Assembly: GCA_041617155.1 (NCBI GenBank)
Contig: JBFJPL010000005.1
Span: 2,564-66,563, forward strand
Direction: 5' to 3'
Source: Kiloniellales bacterium
GTDB taxonomy: Bacteria > Pseudomonadota > Alphaproteobacteria > Kiloniellales > JAKSDN01
DNA: 64,000 bases
Shown here: positions 12,001-21,820 of the stretch, one piece after another
Layout: each line of letters opens with the position of its first letter
Numbering within the stretch: the first letter of the stretch is position 1
Position numbers and translations under genes: made by a program
The notes under the pieces: generated by a model
The model's database searches: none
Told to the model about the DNA's origin: nothing
What the model saw: only the letters and a program-made list of their open reading frames with translations

Positions 12001-13335
12001 GCCGCCTTCTTGGATGGGGCCATGAGCTACGAGTACGAGGCCGATGAGATCGCCTGCGACGGCAGCGCGATTGTGACCCGGATCCGGGCCGTCATTCCAC
12101 CCAAGTACAGTGACGTCTGGTCTCGCATCTTCTTCACCATTGAGGACATCACCGAACGCAGGAACGTCGAGGCACAACTTCGCCAAGCACAAAAGATGAA
12201 GGCGATCGGACAGCTCACCGGCGGTGTCGCGCACGATTTCAACAACCTCCTCGCGGTCATTCTTGGCAACGCGGAAATTCTTCAACTCAGGCATGGCGAG
12301 GGTGACCAGCCGACTCAGGCAGTTATTCGCGCGGCCATCCGTGGCGCCGAGCTGACCCAACGCCTGCTGGCTTTCTCGCGCAAACAGCCACTCCGCCCGC
12401 AAATCGTGGACCTCAATTCCTTGGTATCCGATATGTCGGATATGTTGCACCGGACCTTGGGCGCTATGATGGAAATTCGCATCTCGCCGGCGCCGGATCT
12501 GTGGCGTGCCCTGGCCGACCCGGGGCAACTGGAAAACGCACTGCTCAACCTCGCCATCAACGCGCGCGACGCCATGCCCGGCGGCGGCAAACTGACCATC
12601 GAGACGAGCAACATCTCCTTCGAGCCCGGCGGCGCCGTGGCGCAGACCGATTTCACTCCCGGCGACTATGTCGTGCTGGCGGTCAGCGATAGCGGTACAG
12701 GAATGCCGCCGGAAGTTCTGGAACAGGTTTTCGATCCTTTCTTCACGACCAAGGAGATCGGCGAAGGCAGTGGGCTGGGACTCAGCATGGTCTATGGTTT
12801 CGTGAAGCAGACCGGCGGTCACATCACGATCTACAGCGAACCGGGGCACGGCACGACGGTAAAGCTTTATTTGCCCCGCGCAACGGCATCCAGCCGCATA
12901 GCCGGGCAGCTGAGGTCGGAGGAACAACCCGGGGCGCAGGGCGAAACCGTTCTGCTGGTCGAGGACGATGAGGATGTCCGAGCCTTTGCCGCCTCGACCC
13001 TCGAAGATCTCGGTTACCTGGTCATTCAGGCCCATGACGGCCCAACCGCCCTTGCGACCCTGGACGACGATGTCCAGGTCGATCTGCTGTTGTCCGATAT
13101 GGTGTTGCCCGGTGGCACGGACGGCACTGACTTGGCCAAAGCGGTCATGGAGCGGCGGCCGGCCATCAAGGTGCTCATGATGTCGGGCTATGCCCAGAAC
13201 GCCATGCTTGGGAGCGGCCCGTTGGCGGGCGATATCGAACTGCTCAGCAAGCCCTTTCGCCGGCGCGACCTGGCGCAGAGGACCCGTGCGGCCTTGGACC
13301 GAAACCGAGGTGGGCCTTCGACAGCGGTTCCGTAG
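9088..13335 (+). CDS. Hybrid sensor histidine kinase with about 7 PAS-type domains, HisKA, HATPase and a C-terminal receiver
   Basis: 1415-aa ORF. It has an H-box [12 protein letters not shown]-boxes DSGTGM and GSGLGLS, and a receiver [10 protein letters not shown]...[10 protein letters not shown]. An alternative start is ATG 9154. Confidence 0.9.
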   Translation: MSFCQRSDSVSTVTSTPGALSRMSKRELIGNVEDLQRRVRDLERQAAEHRQAQDALRQQALILEQMSDGVIVTDLEGRIIDWNPAAERMFGYRKDEVLGRTPAFMHRPAEAARLTAEIVEGVARNGRWSGEITVTCKDLTERVCEVIVVAFHNEHGQRVATIGVNRDIGDRKQVEKALREANESLKKEVAERERAEEVAAQSHTLLTEAVEALSDGFIISDADERLVLCNSKYREIYREVAHILVPGTPLKEIGRAVAKHCLGIESPDEIEAVVQRRLARLRSHKGPLEQKLKDDRWILVSESPLANGWTVGVRTDITELKRREAALQASETQFRAMADDSPVIFWINDIDDRPIFLNRTAREFLGLSHKEALARDFYDLVHPEDRERVRIQDRQCVERRVPRRYEYRMRRSDGAYRWLLEVGVPRLAPDGTFLGTIGSTVDITEQKEALDAQRQSEARLIEAIETMNDGFVFFDSNERLVVCNSKYREMYRKVAHLMEPGRSFEEIIHAYSRCGEAIAATGRREDWARERLARFRNPAASYEAQIGKDRWIRVTDRKTEDGGTVGLRTDITEFKQRQEALRRSEARLIEAIEAMNDGFVFYDADERLAICNSKYRELYPEVAHLLAPGESFETIIRASAECGETAAALEQADLWFENRLARFRDPTGSYEEHMKDGSWIRVTDRRTEDGGTVGLRTDITELKHRQEALRQSDARFREIFEESPVSLWEEDWSPLKQMLDNLKRQGVEDYAGYFRDNPEQFRQAYDASHVVDISRETLRVYRAGSKAELLAVLGSVHADPDEMAGFAKTVEAFAAGMTSHEYEAEEIACDGTQIVTRIRTVLPPQNRDSWSRVLITIDDITEQKRDQQALAQSEIRYRDLFDESPVAMLEEDWRPVKEILEDLVAQGVSDIAGYLLSHPDKLGQVYEAPLRFGISRAAVELYHAANADELRAAMTRDTADPDELTGYANMVAAFLDGAMSYEYEADEIACDGSAIVTRIRAVIPPKYSDVWSRIFFTIEDITERRNVEAQLRQAQKMKAIGQLTGGVAHDFNNLLAVILGNAEILQLRHGEGDQPTQAVIRAAIRGAELTQRLLAFSRKQPLRPQIVDLNSLVSDMSDMLHRTLGAMMEIRISPAPDLWRALADPGQLENALLNLAINARDAMPGGGKLTIETSNISFEPGGAVAQTDFTPGDYVVLAVSDSGTGMPPEVLEQVFDPFFTTKEIGEGSGLGLSMVYGFVKQTGGHITIYSEPGHGTTVKLYLPRATASSRIAGQLRSEEQPGAQGETVLLVEDDEDVRAFAASTLEDLGYLVIQAHDGPTALATLDDDVQVDLLLSDMVLPGGTDGTDLAKAVMERRPAIKVLMMSGYAQNAMLGSGPLAGDIELLSKPFRRRDLAQRTRAALDRNRGGPSTAVP
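10459..12195 (+). repeat. In-frame tandem paralogous sensor units inside the kinase gene
   Basis: Units A2 (10459-10845) and A3 (10846-11226) both read [16 protein letters not shown]...CNSKYRE...[12 protein letters not shown](F/L)K. An earlier copy A1 lies at about 9694-10078. Units B1 (11227-11709) and B2 (11710-12195) both read FxESPVxxxEEDWxPxK...YEYEAxEIACDG..IVTRIR. Confidence 0.85.
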
Positions 13336-13381
13336 TTGAAGTACGAGTCGTCAGAATTTTCGCCAGCACGGGAATTTGGTG

Positions 13382-13795
13382 TCAGTTTTCGTGCTGGCCC
13401 AGAATCTCCGCGATTTTCCGGCCCAGTTCGGCCATGCGGAACGGCTTTGCGATGACAGCGAAATCCGCGCCCTCCAAGAACTCCGGGCGCCCCGAGGTCA
13501 GCAGGACCTTCAGAACCGGAAGCATGGCGCAGGCCCGCTCGGCCAGGTCGATGCCGCTCATCCCGCCGGGCAGAACCACGTCGGTTAGTAGCAGGTCGAT
13601 TGTCTCGTCCCGCTCCAGCGCCGCGAGCGCCGAGCGTCCGTCTCCGGCCTCGACAACGGCATAGTCGAGTGTTTCAAGCAGCAAAGCGGTGGAGCTCCGT
13701 ACCTCGGGTTCGTCGTCCACCACAAGTATGGTCGCACGGCCCTGCTTGTCCGCCAAAGGTCGGCTCCTTGCCTTGGTTCGCGTTCTACCCTGCAC
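13382..13795 (-). CDS. Single-domain response regulator (CheY-like receiver)
   Basis: The C-terminal 125 aa of ORF 13382..14239 read ILVVDDEPEV...LLLTDVVLPGG...KPF. The start is provisionally placed at GTG 13795, because the upstream part of the ORF overlaps another gene. Confidence 0.7.
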   Translation of the reverse strand: MQGRTRTKARSRPLADKQGRATILVVDDEPEVRSSTALLLETLDYAVVEAGDGRSALAALERDETIDLLLTDVVLPGGMSGIDLAERACAMLPVLKVLLTSGRPEFLEGADFAVIAKPFRMAELGRKIAEILGQHEN

Positions 13796-13827
13796 CAGCC
13801 TGAGACGGATAATGCCCGCAATCCGGG

Positions 13828-14079
13828 TCAAGCTCCGTTCTGGCGGCGACGCTCCTTCCTCCAGGTGCGAAACCGCTGCCATCGGTCCCGCACCCAGGGC
13901 ACGTCGAAGAAGATCACGAGCAAGCCCAGGGGCACCATCCAGAAACCGAGCACCGGCAAGAAGCCCAAAATGCCACCCGCCACCAGCAGCAGGCCGACCA
14001 GGATCCTGACGATCCGCGGCGCGGTCAGGACGGACTTGTAGTAGCTGTTGGGCCGTTTCATGTTGCGCGCCGGCGACAT
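13828..14079 (-). CDS. Small membrane protein, PGPGW-like
   Basis: The ORF has two hydrophobic helices and GFLPVLGFWMVPLGL. The start is uncertain (ATG 14079 or 14061). It lies just upstream of the receiver gene. Confidence 0.45.
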   Translation of the reverse strand: MSPARNMKRPNSYYKSVLTAPRIVRILVGLLLVAGGILGFLPVLGFWMVPLGLLVIFFDVPWVRDRWQRFRTWRKERRRQNGA

Positions 14080-14347
14080 CCCAAAGATCAGGCAAAAGTG
14101 CCACCTTAGAACCAAGATCGGCCCCAATTGTCAAACCCGACTGCCCGCTTGACCGCACGCCTTCGAAGGTCCCACTCGGCTCGTGAGACCGGACAGCCGG
14201 CCGGTCGGCCACCGCCACCGAAAGTAGCGTATTTTGCACTTATGCGACTTAATCGTTAAGAGAAAACACACCTTCCGATTGCTAATCATACGCAGCGACG
14301 CTGAGCCCGCCACGGTTGCAATGCCGATCACTTGGAAGGACCGCTCG

Positions 14348-17300
14348 ATGCCCCATTCACGCCTTGTCTCCAGCGCCTTCCTCGCATTGGCCCTGAACCT
14401 CGCCAGCCTTCCGGCCGCGACCACCGCCCACGCCCAGGCCAGCGGCTACCGGATCGACACCATCGCCCTCACCGGCGAGCCGTTGCCCGGCACAGGCGGC
14501 GCGACGGTGGATTTGCTCTTCGGCTTCGATTTGAACAGCGCAGGCGACCTGATCGTCTTGGGCGATTGGCAGGGTGCAAGCGAGGGGACAGGCAGCGGTT
14601 TGTGGCTGTGGCAACAGGGCGTTTTGAACCCAGTAGCGCTCAGCGAAGCCCCGGTTCCCGGCGTGGCGGGCGAGGTCTTCGGCCCAATATCAGGCAATTC
14701 TCCTCGACTGAACTCAGCCGGCAATGTGGCGTTCATTACGCGCGGCAGCAGTACCGCTATCGACCGCCCAAGCCTCTATTCGGGAAACCCGGAGAACTTG
14801 AGCCTGGTCGCCCGGGTGGGCGAGCCGGCGCCCGGCGCCGGCGGCCTGCTGTTCGAGACGCTGGATCTGAGCGGTATGGCCAGTGCGACTGGCGGCGGGG
14901 CCACGGGGCCGTACTACCTGTTGCTCTATGGGCCCGCCTTGAACAGCAACGGCGACTTTGTCTTCATGGCCCATCTGGCCGACTGTGTCGATTGTGGCGT
15001 GCCGGCGGTGCGCGAGGACGGCCTCTGGCTGAATACCGCCAGCGGTCTGGAACTTATTGCGCTCACGGGCGACCCGGCACCCGGGACGGCAGGCAGCACG
15101 TTCGCCAAGTTTCTCCACTATTCGCTCAACGACGCCGGCCAGATCGCCTTCCGCGCTCTGCTCGACGACCCCTCCACCGGCAATCAGGGGCTGTGGATCG
15201 GCACGCCGGGAAACTTCACCTTGATCGCCAAGACCGGCGACGAGGCGCCAGGAACCGGGGGGCTTTCGTTCACGGAATTCGCTTCGGAGGCCGAGTTCGG
15301 ACCGGCGTTGAGCGCGTCCGGGGACTTCTTTTTCCGAGCCTTTGTGAACAGCGGCGACCAAGCCAACGACGCCGGCCTATGGCTGTTCCGAAACGGCATC
15401 ATCGAACCCGTCGTGCGTGCCGGCGAACCGGCGCCCGGCACGACGGCGGCTATCCAAAGTCTGGACGAACCGCAAATCAACGGCAGCGGCGACATCGCGT
15501 TTCTCGGCAGTTTCCCTGCCATCTATCCCGATCAGGACCAAGGCATCTGGTTAGGAGCGCCCGAATCCCCCACCCTTTTGGTCCGCTCCGGCGACCCGGT
15601 TCCTGGCCTGCCCGGGGAGACATTTCTCCAGCTCAATGGCTTGGCGCTCAACGCTTCGGGCCAGATCGCATTCCAGGCACAGGTGGATCCCAACCAGTAC
15701 GAATTTGGCGTGTGGGTAGCCGCCTTCACCGGCATATTCCCGATCATCTATCCCGGCCAGCAGCTCGAAGTGAAGGCCGGCGATCTCCGCACGGTCCGCT
15801 CGGCATATTTATTCGGCAATCTCAACAAGGAAGGCGGCCTCATCACCAGCTTCAACGACTCCGGCCAAGCCATGCTCTTTGTCGAGTTCGACGACTGGAC
15901 GAGCGGTGTCTTCCTCGCCACGCCGGTCGACCCCACGGCCGACCAGCCGCCGATCGCCGACGCCGGGCCGGATCAGACCGTGTCCAGCGCAGATAGCGTC
16001 ATGCTCGACGGCACTGGCTCCTTCGACCCGGAGGGCAGTCCGCTGACCTATCGGTGGAGCCTCGATGGCGCGCAAATCGCGACCGGGCCGACCCCGACCG
16101 TAGGCCCCTTCGCAGTCGGTGCCTATACGGTCGCCTTGACCGTGACCGATCAAGCCGGCCTGGAGCGGTCGGACACCATGTCGCTCACGGTCCGGCCACC
16201 CAATATGCCGCCGCTCGCCGAGGCCGGCCCCGATCAGACAGTCGACCGCAGCCAGCTGGTGACGCTCGACGGCCTCGGGTCGGGCGACCCCGAGGGCGAG
16301 GCGCTGGCATATCTGTGGACGCTCGACGGTATAGAAGTCGGCACCAACGCCACGATCACGGTCGGGCCGCTGTCCATAGGGACGCACATCGCGACCCTGA
16401 CGGTGACCGACCCACATGGCGCCAGCGCGTCGGACAACCTGACGATCACGGTGGTGAACCGGGCGCCCATCGCACAGGCCGGACCGGACCGCACGGTCAA
16501 CCACGCGACGATCGTGAACCTCGACGGCTCCGGCTCTCACGACCCCGACGGCGACACCTTGAGCTATGCATGGAGCCTGAACGGCGCCCAAATCGGCACC
16601 GGTGTCATAGCGCCTGTCGGGCCGTTCGATCCCGGTTCCCACACCATCGAACTGACGGTAACCGACACGTTCGGGGCGAGCGCGACGGACAGCCTGGTTG
16701 TCACGGTGATCAACGACCCGCCGGTGGCCGACGCTGGTCCGGATCAAACCATCCGGCATTCAACCACTGTGATGCTGGACGGCAGCGGATCGAGCGATCC
16801 CGAGGGCGAACCCCTCTCCTACGCCTGGTCGCTCGGCGGACAGCAGATCGCCAGCGGAGCGACGCCCACCGTCGGGCCCTTCAGCCCCGGGACCTACACC
16901 ATAGACCTCACCGTGAGCGACAGCAGGGGCGCAACCGCGAGCGACATCCTGGTGCTCACCGTCACGAACCAGACGCCGGTGGCCGACGCCGGGCCCGACC
17001 AAACGGTCCAGGGGCCGAAGATCGTGACCCTGGACGGTAGCGGTTCCGCCGATCCCGATGGCGACGCGCTCAGCTATGCCTGGTCGCTCGACGGCATCGA
17101 GATCGCCACCGGACCACGGCCCAGCGCCGGGCCATTCGCGGACGGCAGCCATACGATCGGGCTCACCGTCACCGACTCTGCGGGCGCCACGAGCACCGAC
17201 AGCATGACCCTGATGGTGCTGAACGCCCCGCCGATCGCCGATGCCGGACCCGACCAGACGATCGCGCACAAGAAGAAGGAGGTCGACGTCACCCTGGACG

Positions 17301-17509
17301 GCTCAGCCTCGGTCGATGCGGACGGCACGATCATCTCCTACCTCTGGACCCGCGACGGCGCGGTCGTGGCCTCGGGCGTGACGCCGACCCTGCGTTTGAA
17401 GCGAGGCGCCCACGTGCTCGACCTGACCGTGACCGACGACGACGGCGCCACGGCCTCCGACCAGGTGGTGATCACGATCGTCAAGGGCACGCAGTTCAGC
17501 GGCAATTGA
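14348..17509 (+). CDS. Secreted repeat protein: signal peptide, about 8 NxxGxxAF-type repeats, 6 PKD-like domains
   Basis: The start is trimmed to ATG 14348 (MPHSRLVSSAFLALALNLASLPAATTAHAQA signal). Repeats include LNSAGNVAF, LNSNGDFVF, LNDAGQIAF and INGSGDIAF. These are followed by six units of about 85 aa reading PxADAGPDQT...LDGSGSxDP(E/D)G..LxYxWxL. Confidence 0.85.
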   Translation: MPHSRLVSSAFLALALNLASLPAATTAHAQASGYRIDTIALTGEPLPGTGGATVDLLFGFDLNSAGDLIVLGDWQGASEGTGSGLWLWQQGVLNPVALSEAPVPGVAGEVFGPISGNSPRLNSAGNVAFITRGSSTAIDRPSLYSGNPENLSLVARVGEPAPGAGGLLFETLDLSGMASATGGGATGPYYLLLYGPALNSNGDFVFMAHLADCVDCGVPAVREDGLWLNTASGLELIALTGDPAPGTAGSTFAKFLHYSLNDAGQIAFRALLDDPSTGNQGLWIGTPGNFTLIAKTGDEAPGTGGLSFTEFASEAEFGPALSASGDFFFRAFVNSGDQANDAGLWLFRNGIIEPVVRAGEPAPGTTAAIQSLDEPQINGSGDIAFLGSFPAIYPDQDQGIWLGAPESPTLLVRSGDPVPGLPGETFLQLNGLALNASGQIAFQAQVDPNQYEFGVWVAAFTGIFPIIYPGQQLEVKAGDLRTVRSAYLFGNLNKEGGLITSFNDSGQAMLFVEFDDWTSGVFLATPVDPTADQPPIADAGPDQTVSSADSVMLDGTGSFDPEGSPLTYRWSLDGAQIATGPTPTVGPFAVGAYTVALTVTDQAGLERSDTMSLTVRPPNMPPLAEAGPDQTVDRSQLVTLDGLGSGDPEGEALAYLWTLDGIEVGTNATITVGPLSIGTHIATLTVTDPHGASASDNLTITVVNRAPIAQAGPDRTVNHATIVNLDGSGSHDPDGDTLSYAWSLNGAQIGTGVIAPVGPFDPGSHTIELTVTDTFGASATDSLVVTVINDPPVADAGPDQTIRHSTTVMLDGSGSSDPEGEPLSYAWSLGGQQIASGATPTVGPFSPGTYTIDLTVSDSRGATASDILVLTVTNQTPVADAGPDQTVQGPKIVTLDGSGSADPDGDALSYAWSLDGIEIATGPRPSAGPFADGSHTIGLTVTDSAGATSTDSMTLMVLNAPPIADAGPDQTIAHKKKEVDVTLDGSASVDADGTIISYLWTRDGAVVASGVTPTLRLKRGAHVLDLTVTDDDGATASDQVVITIVKGTQFSGN
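15947..17488 (+). repeat. Six in-frame tandem PKD-like repeat units (about 255-260 nt each)
   Basis: The ccgatcgccgacgccgggccggatcagac-type unit start recurs near 15947, 16207, 16462, 16720, 16972 and 17230. Confidence 0.85.
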
Positions 17510-17536
17510 CCGGCGCCGGCGGCGCTCTCGACCGCT

Positions 17537-18109
17537 TCACACCTCGCGGTGGCGGAAACAGTCGAGGGTGTGGTCGTTGACCATGCCGACCGCCTGCATG
17601 AAGGCATAGCAGATCGTCGGCCCGACGAAGCGGAAGCCGCGGGCCTTGAGCGCCTTGGAAAGCGCCTTGGACTCCGCGGTCTCGGCCGGCACCTCGGCCA
17701 GGGAGCGCCAGCGGTTGACGATCGGCCGGCCGTCTACGACTGCCCACAGGAAGTCCGCAAAGCTGCCGTCCCGCTCCTTGATGTCCAACCAGCCCCGCGC
17801 GTTGTCGATGGTCGCCTGGATCTTGGCGGCGTTACGCACGATTCCGGCATCGGCCTTGAGCGCGGCGGTCTTCTCCGGACCGTAGCGCGCGATGACCGCC
17901 GGGTCGAAACCGTCGAAGGCGGCGCGGTAGTTCTCGCGCTTCTTCAGGATGGTGATCCAGGACAGGCCGGCCTGGGCACCCTCCAGGATCAGCATCTCGA
18001 AGAGAGCCCTGTCGTCGCGCAGGGGCACGCCCCATTCGCGGTCATGGTAAGCGATGTAAATCGGCTCGCCGCCGACCCAACCGCAGCGGGTCTTGCCGTC
18101 TCCGGTCAT
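17537..18109 (-). CDS. tag: DNA-3-methyladenine glycosylase I
   Basis: The start is trimmed to ATG 18109 (MTGDGKTRCGWV...YHDREWGVP). The C-terminal VNDHTLDCF zinc-snap-like end is present. There is a 4-nt overlap with the recO stop. Confidence 0.9.
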   Translation of the reverse strand: MTGDGKTRCGWVGGEPIYIAYHDREWGVPLRDDRALFEMLILEGAQAGLSWITILKKRENYRAAFDGFDPAVIARYGPEKTAALKADAGIVRNAAKIQATIDNARGWLDIKERDGSFADFLWAVVDGRPIVNRWRSLAEVPAETAESKALSKALKARGFRFVGPTICYAFMQAVGMVNDHTLDCFRHREV

Positions 18110-18831
18110 GAGGCGCCAGGCTCCGGGAAGCGCTCGGCCAGGCGCTGACGCGGCACCGGCAAAGGCCGGTCCTGGGGGCCGAAGACGAGGCGCTGAAGGA
18201 AGTATCCGGTCAGCCTGAGTCCCTGGCCGACCTCGGCCGGCCCGCCGCCGCCGCGTCCGGCCAGAAAGCCCGGCAGGGTCAGCAGTTTTTCCCGGTAAGG
18301 TTCCCCGGCCGCCAGCGAGACCGCCCGGCCGCTGCGCGGGCTGACGTAGGCCAGCTGGTCGTTGGCACCGCCGGCCGCGCAAGACGCCAGGTCGAGCCCG
18401 AAGCCCAGTTCGGCGAGCAGCGCCAGCTCCCAACCGACATAGGCCTCGGCCCAATGGTCGCTTTCCAGCGCCGCCAGCAAAGCCAGGAATCCGTCATAGC
18501 AGAGCCGGTGCGCCTCGCGCTCCGGCAAGGCCCGCTCCGAGACCGCCGCCGCCGCCGTCAGCGCCGCCAGTCGGTCGGGGTCGTTCATCAGGCGCGCCGC
18601 GTGGCTGGTCTCCAGCTCGCAGGTATAGGCGCCCAGATGGTCCGCCAGGCGCGCGCGCCAGGTGACCGCCACCCGGTTGCCGGTCTGCAGCACGCCGCGG
18701 GCCCGGCGACCCTGCCCGCCGCGCACGAGGCCCGCATGGCGCCCGTGATCCCGGGTCAGAAGCTGCACCACCGCCGCCGTTTCGCCATGCGGCCGGGCGC
18801 TCAGGACGATGCCTTCGTCGATCCATTCCAT
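18106..18831 (-). CDS. recO: DNA repair protein RecO
   Basis: 241 aa, starting MEWIDEGIVLSARPHGE (OB-fold start typical of RecO). It sits downstream of era as in many bacteria. Confidence 0.9.
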   Translation of the reverse strand: MEWIDEGIVLSARPHGETAAVVQLLTRDHGRHAGLVRGGQGRRARGVLQTGNRVAVTWRARLADHLGAYTCELETSHAARLMNDPDRLAALTAAAAVSERALPEREAHRLCYDGFLALLAALESDHWAEAYVGWELALLAELGFGLDLASCAAGGANDQLAYVSPRSGRAVSLAAGEPYREKLLTLPGFLAGRGGGGPAEVGQGLRLTGYFLQRLVFGPQDRPLPVPRQRLAERFPEPGAS

Positions 18832-18850
18832 TGCCCAAATCTGCCGTATG

Positions 18851-19759
18851 TCAGGCCTCGAAGTCGAGGCCCCAGTCGCGGTAGCGGGCCGGGTCGTCGA
18901 GCCAACCCGGGCGTACCTTGACGAAGAGGAAGAGATGGACCGGGCGACCCAGACTCTCGACCAGATCGGCCTGGGCCGCCTCGCGCACCGCCTTGATGGT
19001 GCGCCCGCCCTTGCCGAGCACGATGGCCTTCTGGGAGTCGCGGCGCACGTAGACGGTCTGTTCCAGGCGCAAGCTGCCGTCGTCGCGCTCGTCCCAGGAT
19101 TCGGTCTCGACCGTGAGCGCGTAGGGCAGTTCCTGGTGCAGCATGAGGAACAGCTTCTCGCGGGTCGTCTCGGCCGCCAGCAGGCGTTGCGGCAGGTCCG
19201 AAAGCTGGTCTTCCGGATAGTGCCACGGCCCCTCGGGCAAGGCTTCGGCCAGAAATTGCAGCAGATCGTCCGTGCCGTCCCCCTTGAGCGCGGAGATCAT
19301 GAAGATCCGGTCGAAAATGCCTTCGGCCTCGAAACGCGCGGCCAGCTCCAACAGCCGCGACCGCTTGATCGTGTCGATCTTGTTGAGCACCAGGATGGCG
19401 CGCCGCTTCTGTCGTTTCAGCCCTTCGATGATCCGGCCCGTATCCTGGTCGCGCCGCGTGGCGCCGCAGTCGACCAACAGCACCAGAAGATCGGCATCTT
19501 CAGCGCCGGACCAGGCGGCTGCGACCATGGCCCGTTCCAACCGCCTCTTGGGTGCGAAAATGCCGGGAGTGTCGACAAAGATGATCTGGCTCCGGCCCTC
19601 GATCGCGATGGCGCGAAGCCGCATGCGGGTCGTCTGCACCTTGGGCGTGACGATCGAGACCTTGGCGCCGACGAGGCGATTGAGCAGCGTGGACTTGCCG
19701 GCATTCGGCGCGCCCAGCAAGGCGACGAAGCCGCAACGCTGAAGCTCGCGCCGGCTCAT
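18851..19759 (-). CDS. era: GTPase Era
   Basis: The start is trimmed to ATG 19759. It has the P-loop GAPNAGKSTL, DTPG and NKID motifs, and a KH-domain C-terminus. ATGA overlap with the rnc stop. Confidence 0.9.
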   Translation of the reverse strand: MSRRELQRCGFVALLGAPNAGKSTLLNRLVGAKVSIVTPKVQTTRMRLRAIAIEGRSQIIFVDTPGIFAPKRRLERAMVAAAWSGAEDADLLVLLVDCGATRRDQDTGRIIEGLKRQKRRAILVLNKIDTIKRSRLLELAARFEAEGIFDRIFMISALKGDGTDDLLQFLAEALPEGPWHYPEDQLSDLPQRLLAAETTREKLFLMLHQELPYALTVETESWDERDDGSLRLEQTVYVRRDSQKAIVLGKGGRTIKAVREAAQADLVESLGRPVHLFLFVKVRPGWLDDPARYRDWGLDFEA

Positions 19760-20469
19760 TGCGCGTCGTCGTCGAGACTGTCCAGGAGACGGCTGGCGGC
19801 CGCCTGCTCGGCCAGACGCTTGGACCGCCCCTCGCCCTCGGCCGGTGGATAACCGGCGACGGTCACCTCGACGGTGAAAACCGGTTCGTGCGCCGGACCT
19901 TCGCGACAGGCTTCCCGGTAGGTCGGCAGCGGCAGAGCGCGGCCTTGGGCCCATTCCTGCAACGCGGTCTTGGCGTCTTGCGGCGGCGTGAGATCGGCCG
20001 CCAGCAAGGGAGTCCAGTGCGGCACCACGAAACCCCGCGCGGCGGACAGACCGCCGTCCAGGTAAAGCGCACCGAGCACCGCTTCGCAGGCATCGGCCAA
20101 AAGCGCCGGGTTGGTGCTCTCACCGGCCTCCTGTTCCGCTTTGGCGAGGATCAGGAAGCTGCCAAGGCCGACGGTCTCGGCAACCTGGGCCAGGGTTTCC
20201 CGGCGGACCAGAGCGGCAAAACGACGCGCCAGAGCACCCTCGGTCTCTTTCGGGAATTGCGCCAGCAAGAGGTCGGCGACGACCAGGCCGAGCACCCGGT
20301 CGCCAAGAAACTCCAGTCGCTCGTAGCTCTCCAGCGGCCTGTTTGCCGCGCTCGGGTGGGTCAGGGCCTGGCGCAGCAAGGTCGGAGACTTGAAACGATG
20401 GGAGAGACTGGCGGCCAGATCGTCGAGATGACCACCGGCCGCCTTTGCCGAGTCTCGCGCCGCCGCCAC
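19756..20469 (-). CDS. rnc: Ribonuclease III
   Basis: It has the ERLEFLGDRVLGL signature and a C-terminal dsRBD. Confidence 0.9.
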   Translation of the reverse strand: MAAARDSAKAAGGHLDDLAASLSHRFKSPTLLRQALTHPSAANRPLESYERLEFLGDRVLGLVVADLLLAQFPKETEGALARRFAALVRRETLAQVAETVGLGSFLILAKAEQEAGESTNPALLADACEAVLGALYLDGGLSAARGFVVPHWTPLLAADLTPPQDAKTALQEWAQGRALPLPTYREACREGPAHEPVFTVEVTVAGYPPAEGEGRSKRLAEQAAASRLLDSLDDDAQ

Positions 20470-20470
20470 C

Positions 20471-21223
20471 CTACTCTATGCCGTCGAAAAGGCGGCCCCA
20501 GCGGATCGTCGAGGGCCAGCGCCAGAACTGCCAGAAGGCGCCCTCGCCATTCTGCGAGAAGAACAGGAATTCCGCACGGCCGACCAGATTCTCCCGCGGC
20601 ACGAAGCCGACCCGCCCCTGGGCCCGGCTGTCTTGGCTGCGGTCCCGGTTGTCGCCCATGAAGAAGTACTTACCCTCGGGCACGAGAAATTCGCGTGTGT
20701 TGTCGGAGCGCTCCTCGTCGCTGTATTCACGGATCAGATGCCGGCGGCCGTTGGGCAGGGTCTCGATATACTCCGTGACCTCGCTCGTACGACCCGCGAA
20801 GCCGGTGACCTTGACCGGCCCGAGCCGCTCGCGCTCGACCGGCTGGCCGTTGATGTGCAGCACGCCGCTCTTGACCTGAATCCGGTCGCCGGGCAGGCCG
20901 ACGAGCCGTTTGATGTAGTCGGTCTCGTTGTCCGCCGGAAGCTTGAAGACGATCACGTCGCCCCGCTCCGGCTCACTCGCGAAAATCCGGCCCGGGATCA
21001 GCGGCAGTCCGAAGGGCAATGAATAGCGGCTATAGCCATAGGAAAACTTCGACACGAAGAGGTAGTCGCCGACCAACAGCGTCGGGATCATTGATCCCGA
21101 CGGGATGTTGAACGGCTCGTAGGCGAAGGTCCTGACGAACAGCGCGATGATGACCGCATAGACGACCGTGCGCAGCGTCTCGCCCCAACCGCCGGATTTC
21201 TCACGTGACATAGAGTCTTCCAT
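20471..21223 (-). CDS. lepB: Signal peptidase I
   Basis: It has the SGSMIPTL (Ser box) and GDNRDRSQDSR boxes. The start is ATG 21223 or 21211. The longer track ORF would overlap acpS. Confidence 0.9.
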   Translation of the reverse strand: MEDSMSREKSGGWGETLRTVVYAVIIALFVRTFAYEPFNIPSGSMIPTLLVGDYLFVSKFSYGYSRYSLPFGLPLIPGRIFASEPERGDVIVFKLPADNETDYIKRLVGLPGDRIQVKSGVLHINGQPVERERLGPVKVTGFAGRTSEVTEYIETLPNGRRHLIREYSDEERSDNTREFLVPEGKYFFMGDNRDRSQDSRAQGRVGFVPRENLVGRAEFLFFSQNGEGAFWQFWRWPSTIRWGRLFDGIE

Positions 21224-21314
21224 TATGATCCTGAGTTCCAATGCTTTGAGCTGCGACAGACAGGGCCGAAACAGCCCTTTTCGGTCCGCCCCGAACGCCT
21301 GATCACCGAGCCGG

Positions 21315-21725
21315 TCATTCCCCCCGCCCAGGCACCGCCGAAATAATAACGATCGCCTGGGCCAGGGGATAGTCATCGGTGATGGTTATGTCAATTTGTG
21401 CGGTCATCCCGGCCGGGACAAGCTCGGCCAAGCGTTCGGCCGCGCCACCGGTCAGCGCCAAGGTCGGCTTGCCGCTGGGCAGGTTGACGACCCCCATATG
21501 CTGCCAATGGACGCCACGCCGCGGCACCCCGGTTCCCAGCGCCTTGGCGCAGGCCTCCTTGGCGGCGAACCGCTTGGCGTAGCTTGCCGCGCGGGCCGCC
21601 CGGCGATCGGACTTCTGCTGCTCCACTTCGGTGAAGACCCGCTGTACGAAGCGCTCGCCGAACCGATCGAGAACCCGCTCGACCCGCCGGATATCGATCA
21701 GGTCGTTGCCCAGGCCGATGATCAT
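21315..21725 (-). CDS. acpS: Holo-[acyl-carrier-protein] synthase
   Basis: 136 aa, starting [14 protein letters not shown], which is typical of AcpS. Confidence 0.9.
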   Translation of the reverse strand: MIIGLGNDLIDIRRVERVLDRFGERFVQRVFTEVEQQKSDRRAARAASYAKRFAAKEACAKALGTGVPRRGVHWQHMGVVNLPSGKPTLALTGGAAERLAELVPAGMTAQIDITITDDYPLAQAIVIISAVPGRGE

Positions 21726-21820
21726 CTACTCGCGCTCCCCTACGGCCCAGGCGTATCCGGACAAGGGCCCATACCAAAGGTCATTGATCCGGAATTTCGA
21801 TAACGAGTCTGCAAGACCCA

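Noticed and set aside
13796-14239. N-terminal extension of the receiver-domain ORF.
   Set aside because: It overlaps the PGPGW-like ORF in another frame, and a receiver domain needs only about 125 aa. The exact start remains uncertain.
15947-17488. Periodic repeats of about 255 nt, considered as a CRISPR-like array or a DGR variable region.
   Set aside because: The repeats are in frame and translate to PKD-like domains. There are no spacers, no reverse transcriptase and no template-repeat partner in the window.
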